Source of the DNA: an uncultured virus (IMG/VR IMGVR_UViG_3300031565_013700)
Taxonomy: Duplodnaviria; Heunggongvirae; Uroviricota; Caudoviricetes
Virus record (IMG/VR): IMGVR_UViG_3300031565_013700
Direction: 5' to 3' (one strand)
DNA length: 24,199 nucleotides
Position 1 is the first letter of the stretch. Every line of letters starts with the position of its first letter. Below are positions 8,076 to 14,503 of the stretch, in pieces. The notes beneath the pieces are model-generated. The model saw nothing but the letters and a program-made list of their open reading frames with translations. It was not told the origin of the DNA and made no database searches. The translations under genes and the position numbers were made by a program.

Positions 8076-8088
8076 TAAAAAAGGGAAT

Positions 8089-8499
8089 TTAAGATATGAC
8101 GCCTAGGGCTTCGTAGACCCCAGCCGATAAACCCTGCATCTCCCAGCCTTCGACAGTGACTCTGAACTCGGCACGGAGGGATAACGAGACTGCCGTATGC
8201 CTCACCACGAGGATTGCCTTCAAGATGGTGCTTGTGCTGTGTCTTATGATGGTTATTCCCTTAAACTCAGTGGAACTAGCGTGTCTAACGACAAGTTCTG
8301 CTGGAAGAGATTTTGTAACCGAGTGCCGTATTATTGCCAATGCCTTTAGATTCGCCGAATTTTGACCAACATGGAAGACGGCTTTAAGTGCGGCAGAACC
8401 GTATGCCATCCTCACGAAGAAGGTACTTTTTAGACTGGCAGAAGCACTGTGACGGACTGTGAAGATTACCTTGGGACCGTCGATCCAGGCAGTTACCAT
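8089..8499 (-). CDS. 136-aa protein made almost entirely of about 8 copies of the repeat motif
   Basis: SASASLKSTFFVRM, NSANLKALAIIRH, SVTKSLPAELVVRH, STSTILKAILVVRH. The start overlaps the upstream stop (TAATG). Confidence 0.8.
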   Translation of the reverse strand: MVTAWIDGPKVIFTVRHSASASLKSTFFVRMAYGSAALKAVFHVGQNSANLKALAIIRHSVTKSLPAELVVRHASSTEFKGITIIRHSTSTILKAILVVRHTAVSLSLRAEFRVTVEGWEMQGLSAGVYEALGVIS

Positions 8500-9128
8500 T
8501 AGACCGCCTCCGAAATATCGGCTAATTTGACCACGATCCCGAAGTCCGAGATCGTGCCACCCGCCTCATTTTGGAGTCGGCAATGGAGGGCGTAGGATCT
8601 TTCCTCCCCGGGAGTATCTCTGTCCTTGTAGGGTATGACTGGCTCGACTGCCTCTCCATATTGTCCACCACCGCCAGCCGCAATGTCGATGTTGCGCCTA
8701 TAGATGCTGTAGATTAAGTTGTGCCTGACGCTTTCGTCCACGCCAGATCTTTCGGCTATGTCGAAGCTGATATCCATTGCACCGGACTGATACTGAACTA
8801 TCTTCACGTAAGCAACCTTACAATATCGGCTTGGGATGGGGATGGAGAATTCCACTATGTTACCGAGCGGAATTCCAGCGGTGTTTGTGATTACCGCGTC
8901 GGCAGTTATTGCATATGCTCCGACTGTCCCTGGAGCTGCAATGGTGAGAGTAATCCCTACGATGGCGGTTATATTGACTGTTTCGCCCACGGGATTGTTC
9001 TTGTCCCAGAGATAGGCATTTCCAGCTACCAAATTTCCGATAGCTCGAACAGGAATGGATGTGGCTCCGGCTGCAATGTTAGCACTGAGGTATGCCCCGT
9101 TTATCGCCAGATTCTCCACGATGAACAT
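8499..9128 (-). CDS. Putative virion structural protein, 209 aa
   Basis: N-terminal LSANIAAGATSIPV...GETVNITAIVGITLTI resembles a small beta domain common in phage structural proteins. AGGAGG RBS. Located downstream of the capsid gene. Confidence 0.6.
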   Translation of the reverse strand: MFIVENLAINGAYLSANIAAGATSIPVRAIGNLVAGNAYLWDKNNPVGETVNITAIVGITLTIAAPGTVGAYAITADAVITNTAGIPLGNIVEFSIPIPSRYCKVAYVKIVQYQSGAMDISFDIAERSGVDESVRHNLIYSIYRRNIDIAAGGGGQYGEAVEPVIPYKDRDTPGEERSYALHCRLQNEAGGTISDFGIVVKLADISEAV

Positions 9129-9154
9129 CTAATCCCTCCTAAACGGGGAGATTA

Positions 9155-9679
9155 TTAGCTCACCAAGAAGGTGGCTTTCAGGTCCTTTGAGGGCAGTGTG
9201 ACAGGAGTGTTGAGTTCTCCGCCTATGATCCACCCAATCAGCTTTATCGTGTAGTCGAAGACTGCTCCGCTTGCCACGATCATGTAAGCGAACTTGCCAT
9301 CACCTGTGATCTCGACGATGACAATTCGTGAGTTGACACGATCATTGACATTCCCACAGTAAATGTACTGGGTCTTCCCAGCTAGGATGATGCCCGGTGT
9401 GGCGACGGCCATGTATTGGGCAGCAGCAGCTGAAGCGGCATCGTTTACCGCGATGTCCAAGATGGCGGCGATGGCGTTCACTGGCCTCGTCACCCCAGAG
9501 GGCAATAGATCATCGATATCGAGTGTCCTCCAGGAGAGGTCATCAGTGCTTGTCACTGTCTTGATGGCGGCCGTCTGGAAGTTGAGGTGTACAATCTGCC
9601 CAGGTAGATACTCTGAGCCAAGCGAAAGTCCTTTGACTATCCGCACTGCATGGTGGTCGTATTCGGTTTCCTTAACCAT
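9155..9679 (-). CDS. Putative virion structural protein, 174 aa, with one repeat motif at its C-terminus
   Basis: Jelly-roll-like pattern (WRTLDIDDLLPSG...AIAAILDIAVND...YTIKLIGW), ending SKDLKATFLVS. Confidence 0.6.
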   Translation of the reverse strand: MVKETEYDHHAVRIVKGLSLGSEYLPGQIVHLNFQTAAIKTVTSTDDLSWRTLDIDDLLPSGVTRPVNAIAAILDIAVNDAASAAAAQYMAVATPGIILAGKTQYIYCGNVNDRVNSRIVIVEITGDGKFAYMIVASGAVFDYTIKLIGWIIGGELNTPVTLPSKDLKATFLVS

Positions 9680-9797
9680 TGTTTTTCCTTTCTCCTAACC
9701 TTTCTTTTCCCCCACATTTTTCCTCTCCGCGGGGGCGTCCAGAGAGATCCATACCGCCTTTGAGGCGCGGTTCAGGCCATTTCCTCCGACTCGGTTC

Positions 9798-9824
9798 AAA
9801 AATGGGTAGGTCGGCTACCCGTTT
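9798..9824 (-). terminator. Hairpin plus T-run just after the capsid stop codon
   Basis: Minus strand GGGTAG-CCGAC-CTACCC-ATTTTT (stem 9804-9809/9815-9820). Confidence 0.55.
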
Positions 9825-9830
9825 AGGATT

Positions 9831-10850
9831 TTAGAACGTCCAGGTTGGGGTCGACCATGAAGCTGCGAGATAACGGGCTGCACCGGCTCCTCTATGGACC
9901 ACTGCCATGTCGAACCTGTGCGAATAGTACGCCTCTTGTAGCGGGTAAGCAGAATAGGGGCCCTCCCACAACTTCAGACCGCGACCACGGGGGCTCAACG
10001 GCTCTCTCATCGACATAGGTTTGACCCTACCTTCGATGGCGAGCAGATACCCCGGTGGACACCAGTCATCCTGTATGAGAGTGAGGCCCTGGAATTGCTT
10101 TATTACCTCGAACCCACTTGTGGCCACTTTCTCGATGATGCTATTAGTCGACATCGCCGACGTCCAGCCAGCTAGATTCTCGCATAGCTCGACTTGCTCC
10201 AGATTCATGAAGAGGAACAGAGGGCCACCGTAGCCATGCTCCCTGATCTCCCTCTTGATATCTGAGAAGACGCTCAATACGATGTCTGCGCTGCCAGTCG
10301 CATCGTAGTGATTGTGGCCCGTGGTGAACGTGTTACCCTTCCATGCCGGAGGAGCGCGTATGCTCGCTGCCGCCATGTTGGCGTCCCAGAAGCCTTTGGA
10401 GGTTGCGCCGCTGCCAGGTGTCAGGCTTGCATAGAAGAATCTCTTGGCTAAGAGCCTCTGATCAGCTCTCAAAGCCTCGGATTGGGTTTCCCTTAACTCG
10501 TTGGCGGTTGCATCTTGGATAGCTTTCTTGGTGAAAGCGTAACCAAGCTCAAACTCCCTCAGAGGTACGGGGATCTCCATGGCGCGAAGCTTCTGCCAAT
10601 CTTCCATGTAGCCTTCTGCAGCAGCTACAAACTCCATGTTTCTCTGCCAGACTCGGACCGACTCCTTTGCGGTTGTCCTGACGAACTGACTCATGAGCCC
10701 CCATTCAACTTCGTTGTAGATCTGGACACCTTCCTGGAACTCCTTATAGAGCATCCTGGTGTCGATATCATCGAAGGTGAAGAGGCCATTGGTTGGGTCA
10801 GGAAGACCGGGCGTGTTGGTAAGATCGCTGTTCTCTGAATCGTTTGGCAT
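9831..10850 (-). CDS. Major capsid protein (HK97 fold)
   Basis: 339 aa, directly after scaffold and decoration genes, GGTGA RBS. FELGYAFTKKAIQD followed by a long helix; GLTLIQDDWCPPGYLLAI. Confidence 0.8.
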   Translation of the reverse strand: MPNDSENSDLTNTPGLPDPTNGLFTFDDIDTRMLYKEFQEGVQIYNEVEWGLMSQFVRTTAKESVRVWQRNMEFVAAAEGYMEDWQKLRAMEIPVPLREFELGYAFTKKAIQDATANELRETQSEALRADQRLLAKRFFYASLTPGSGATSKGFWDANMAAASIRAPPAWKGNTFTTGHNHYDATGSADIVLSVFSDIKREIREHGYGGPLFLFMNLEQVELCENLAGWTSAMSTNSIIEKVATSGFEVIKQFQGLTLIQDDWCPPGYLLAIEGRVKPMSMREPLSPRGRGLKLWEGPYSAYPLQEAYYSHRFDMAVVHRGAGAARYLAASWSTPTWTF

Positions 10851-10858
10851 TATATCAC

Positions 10859-11242
10859 CTAACCATCCGCTGCGGGTGGGTTGGGCGCGGTTACAATCAC
10901 TTCGTCAGCTGCTACAGCCCATCCGACTACGAGGCCGGTGGCTGAGAGCGTTGTCGAAGGTGCAGAACCCCCGGCGACTGCCCCGGTGTAGACCCGGGCG
11001 CCGATGGTCTGAGTGGTGTCCACCTTCATGCGACAATACTTGACGATGGTGATTGGGGCTCCGCTGGCTACGCCGTCTGCCAGGGCCCAGCCGTGGCAGA
11101 CGTCGCTTTTGCCATTGTCAACAGCATAGATCAAACCGTCAGTGTGGATGTAGACGCTCTCCCCCTGCGTGATAGTCTCAGCGGGTACCGCTTTGAAACT
11201 GTGCCGGGGGTCAAACATTACAATTGAACCAATTACAGGCAT
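10859..11242 (-). CDS. Capsid decoration/cement protein
   Basis: 127 aa, small-residue-rich. AETITQGESVY...HGWALADGVASGAPITI...GARVY...VVGWAV is the beta-tulip decoration pattern, in the usual position before the capsid gene. Confidence 0.7.
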   Translation of the reverse strand: MPVIGSIVMFDPRHSFKAVPAETITQGESVYIHTDGLIYAVDNGKSDVCHGWALADGVASGAPITIVKYCRMKVDTTQTIGARVYTGAVAGGSAPSTTLSATGLVVGWAVAADEVIVTAPNPPAADG

Positions 11243-11253
11243 TTTTTATTCAC

Positions 11254-12033
11254 CTAGCTAAGCCTCTTCACAGCTTTATCCTGAATCAAGTCGTCTAAGC
11301 CATGCAGTTTGATGATCTCAGCTCTCCTCTCGGGTGTCATTTTGCCAGATTCTCCGGGGCGGGTTTGGGTGGCCTTGCCAACATCCTCTCCTACCTTGAA
11401 TTTCTGGGTCTTGAATACTTCAAGGAAAGCACTGCGATCCTCGCTGCTTAGCCTAGCTGAAAGCTTGATCACGGCATCTTTCTGTATCGGTGCAAGGTGT
11501 TTGGCGCTGACGAGCTGGGAAACCTCATTGGAGACCTGCTCCATATGAAGTTGCTCCTCGAGCTGAGCGATCCTGCTTTCCAGGGCCGTCATCTTCTCAT
11601 CTGGTTTCTTGTCCGTTTCGTCTGGTTTCTTGGCACCTTCCTTAGGTTCAGGATACTTCTTCTTCCACTCATCGGCGCATTCTGCCATGGTCTTGCCCTT
11701 GCCCATGCAGTCTTTGACGAACGCCTTATAGTCGGCCATTTCCACAGGTGGTTCTTTCTTCTTCTCATCGGGTGCCGGATACTCATCTTCGCCTGGTTTC
11801 TTCTCTTTCCCTGCGAGTAGCTTAGTTAGCTGCTCTAGAAGTTGGGCGTTTGTGAGTTCCCCTGTATTAACACCTAGGATTTTGGCGACTTCTGTGAAAT
11901 CCTGATCAGACAACTTGTCTTTAAGGAAGGTAGCGCATTGTTCCTCTTTGGTAGGTTTCTTGTTTTTTTCGTCTTCCAAGTCTAGCTCCTCGAATGTGAC
12001 TACTTCAGTGTCACCCTGTCCATTTTCGGCCAA
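11254..12033 (-). CDS. Capsid scaffolding protein
   Basis: Highly charged and helical, with a coiled coil (KMTALESRIAQLEEQL) then VSQLVSAKHLAPIQKD, like the scaffold half of Mu gpI. Preferred start is TTG 12033 after GGTGGAG; the track gives 12051. Confidence 0.75.
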   Translation of the reverse strand: MAENGQGDTEVVTFEELDLEDEKNKKPTKEEQCATFLKDKLSDQDFTEVAKILGVNTGELTNAQLLEQLTKLLAGKEKKPGEDEYPAPDEKKKEPPVEMADYKAFVKDCMGKGKTMAECADEWKKKYPEPKEGAKKPDETDKKPDEKMTALESRIAQLEEQLHMEQVSNEVSQLVSAKHLAPIQKDAVIKLSARLSSEDRSAFLEVFKTQKFKVGEDVGKATQTRPGESGKMTPERRAEIIKLHGLDDLIQDKAVKRLS

Positions 12034-12109
12034 GGTTGTTTCTCCACCCAATTAAATAGTTCTTAAATATAAAACAGATACCGACAGGACTACTGACAAA
12101 GAAGCGGAA

Positions 12110-12751
12110 TTAAGTGTTGTTTTCCACAACTATCCGCGCTTTTTTCCCGTGGCTCCTTTTAATGTGCGCAATAATACTTCTTTCGCCGATTCGACGCCCA
12201 CATTCGGGGCATTTAGCCCATCCTTCCATAATATCGTCCACTATAACATATTCTACCTCCACTTCTTTGCGTCCATCTTTGATTGGTTGAAGCAGTGGTT
12301 TTCGTTCCGGTATGGGTGTTTGAAGTATATCTTCGAGCCGAGGAATTTCGAGCCAAGGCACATCTTTCTTTCCCAGGGCCTCGAAGAAACGCTCCATCCC
12401 ATCCTGGCCAAAATTGTAGGCTCTGAAGAAGGTCCTAAGCAGAGGCAGAGGCAAGCTTATTTCAGGCGATTTGCCTTCCATGAATAAATATAATGCGTCT
12501 AGGAACTTCAGTAATAGTAGTCCTTTCCTAGTGATGGCGTATAATGCGTTTGTGCGTCCATCTTTATCGTCCTTCAGTTTCTCCAAGAAGCCCCGATCTG
12601 TCAATTCCGGTATTTCTCTGATAAGCACTTTCCAACTTATGTTTGACCCATACATAATCTTGGTTGGTTTCTCGCATTGATTAGCCGCGGAGTATACCAC
12701 CAATAAGATGTCTCTCCATATTTCCGCTCTTCCGCGTTTATCGTAAGGCAT
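12110..12751 (-). CDS. Winged-HTH transcription regulator (archaeal type) with C-terminal C2H2 zinc finger
   Basis: KRGRAEIWRDIL...PTKIMYGSNISW...LTDRGFLE...YAITRKG; CPECGRRIGERSIIAHIKRSH. Confidence 0.85.
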   Translation of the reverse strand: MPYDKRGRAEIWRDILLVVYSAANQCEKPTKIMYGSNISWKVLIREIPELTDRGFLEKLKDDKDGRTNALYAITRKGLLLLKFLDALYLFMEGKSPEISLPLPLLRTFFRAYNFGQDGMERFFEALGKKDVPWLEIPRLEDILQTPIPERKPLLQPIKDGRKEVEVEYVIVDDIMEGWAKCPECGRRIGERSIIAHIKRSHGKKARIVVENNT

Positions 12752-12817
12752 TGAATTACTAAAGTCAACCGAAATATTATAGATTTGAGGACGGAATTAT
12801 AACAGGGAAGATCGATC

Positions 12818-13420
12818 TTGCTATTAGTTCAATGGTTGCGTTTTCTCAGTATTGTGCTGGGAGTTATTGTCTTTGGATTGGGGATGTTTCTGATCTGGAT
12901 CCAAAAGACGAAAAACCTCACGTTTGGCCCCAACTCGTGGGATTGGGGGCAAATAATTTTCCTGATATTGGCCTTCGGAGCGGTGGGTGTGCCCTTGGCA
13001 ATGTACGACTCTGTGGTTTTTGATTGGGGTCAACATTCAATTTTGGTTCCATCCTCAGGGGTTACTTTAAGCGGAGATTCAGTTTCCTTCGGTGTTTATT
13101 GGGATGTGACGGCTACCCAGCGCGTTACTGAGATCAAGTGGGGCGAAATTGAGGCAGGAGATAAGGCCAATGTTGAGGTCTGGATAAAAAATGAGGGCTT
13201 GGTTAATCTTTACTGTCAGGCCAGTTGGCTTGAGAACTCCTGGGATCCTCCTGGAGCTTTTGCCTATTTCACCATGATCTGGCACTTTGGAGACGCGCCC
13301 ATTCAACCAGGGAGAACTAGGAAAATATTGGTGGAGCTGTTAGTTGACGTGGATATTGTAGACGTGAATAATTTTTTCTTCATAATAAACATCAATGGTG
13401 ATGATGCCCCACCTCTATAA
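12818..13420 (+). CDS. Membrane-anchored protein: two TM helices plus an Ig-like domain
   Basis: Two hydrophobic N-terminal segments, then GVYWD...IKWGEIEAG...VWIKNEG...WDP...W...IQPG...LLV...NFFFIINI. I recall this pattern from Bathyarchaeia hypothetical surface proteins (unverified). Confidence 0.75.
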   Translation: MLLVQWLRFLSIVLGVIVFGLGMFLIWIQKTKNLTFGPNSWDWGQIIFLILAFGAVGVPLAMYDSVVFDWGQHSILVPSSGVTLSGDSVSFGVYWDVTATQRVTEIKWGEIEAGDKANVEVWIKNEGLVNLYCQASWLENSWDPPGAFAYFTMIWHFGDAPIQPGRTRKILVELLVDVDIVDVNNFFFIININGDDAPPL

Positions 13421-13442
13421 ATATCTGAAGAGCCAAAATTAA

Positions 13443-13856
13443 GTGACTATGATTCCATGGTTAATGTTGTTAGCCATCGCTCTAGTCATCTTAATCTACT
13501 TGCTCTGGAAGATAGTCCAGGTCCCTAGCCTTGGGGTGTCCACCGATAAGTCTCTCTACGACAGAACCGAAACGCTCCAGATCACCGGCCAGCTGATAGA
13601 CCAAAATAGTGCGCCGATGATCGGGAAGCCGATTTCGATAGCCATTGAGCCTCCGGCGGGAGATGCTTATAACCTCCCCATAGTGACAACGGACAGCAAT
13701 GGCAACTTCAGCGCCAGCTGGGACATCCCAGATGATGCTGCTGGTGGCACCTACACAGTCTATGCGGCGTCTCTTGGAGCTTCGGGCTCAAAGACCTTCA
13801 CACAGAGCAAGCGGGTAGTAGAGAGACTAGACGTGCAGAGTGCCATTCCCAACTAA
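13443..13856 (+). CDS. Membrane-anchored Ig-like (macroglobulin MG2-like) protein
   Basis: N-terminal TM helix; VSTDKSLY...ITGQLID...TTDSNGNFSASWDIPDDAAGGTYTVYA. The start could be ATG 13449. Confidence 0.75.
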   Translation: MTMIPWLMLLAIALVILIYLLWKIVQVPSLGVSTDKSLYDRTETLQITGQLIDQNSAPMIGKPISIAIEPPAGDAYNLPIVTTDSNGNFSASWDIPDDAAGGTYTVYAASLGASGSKTFTQSKRVVERLDVQSAIPN

Positions 13857-13981
13857 TGGTAATTCTATTATTTTCATTAGATAAGAGAAACCATATAGTA
13901 CGCCATACAACCGTTTTGGGTTGTTGCTCTATAATGATAATATTAACTTAACTCGATTATTATATTTATTCCGAGTTATCC

Positions 13982-14500
13982 TCAAAACATGCTTTTAATT
14001 AAGAGTGATTCTTTCGATGGAATATCATCTATGCTGAATATCGGTTCTTCATTTTCGGTGTCAATCCAGATCATTTTCTGCCCAGCCGTCACACGGTATA
14101 GCTCCAGCATCTTAGACATTCTCAATTCCCAATACTCCATGGCCCGATCCAGATTCTTTGAATCCACAACAGTTACCCGTCTCGGGCCAATGCTCAGTTG
14201 AACCCGATCATAGATTGAGAAATATCCTCTGGCAAAGAGACTGGCCACCGCCCCGTAAGTAACCGCCCGTTTTATCAACGTCGGGACTTCTAGAATATTT
14301 TTCCACTCATAATTAAGGGCCTCCCGGACCAGGAATCCTCTAACGTCAACCATCACGCCTTCAATCACATAATCTAAAATGGAGTCAGAGATCGAATTTT
14401 CGGTGAGGTCCATCACACCATTAAGATATCTTCGAGAAGTCCAGAGCCAGCTTGGCTGCCTTACCCAAAAGACAGCCTTCAGCTGCTGCCAGTCAGACAG
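13982..14500 (-). CDS. Putative head-tail connector/adaptor-like protein, probably starting at CTG 14500
   Basis: Helical pattern ISDSILDYVIEGVMVDVRGFL...VPTLIKRAVTYGAVASLF resembles gp6/gp15/Mu gp36-type adaptors. The frame is open upstream of 14416 up to the TAG at 14504, GAGGGA precedes CTG 14500, and the extension encodes QQLKAVFWVRQ. Confidence 0.55.
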   Translation of the reverse strand: MSDWQQLKAVFWVRQPSWLWTSRRYLNGVMDLTENSISDSILDYVIEGVMVDVRGFLVREALNYEWKNILEVPTLIKRAVTYGAVASLFARGYFSIYDRVQLSIGPRRVTVVDSKNLDRAMEYWELRMSKMLELYRVTAGQKMIWIDTENEEPIFSIDDIPSKESLLIKSMF

Positions 14501-14503
14501 AAA

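Noticed and set aside
13857..13981. Two short inverted repeats (13907-13924, 13949-13978) between convergent genes
   Set aside because: Stems of 6-7 bp in AT-rich DNA; at most ordinary termination signals.
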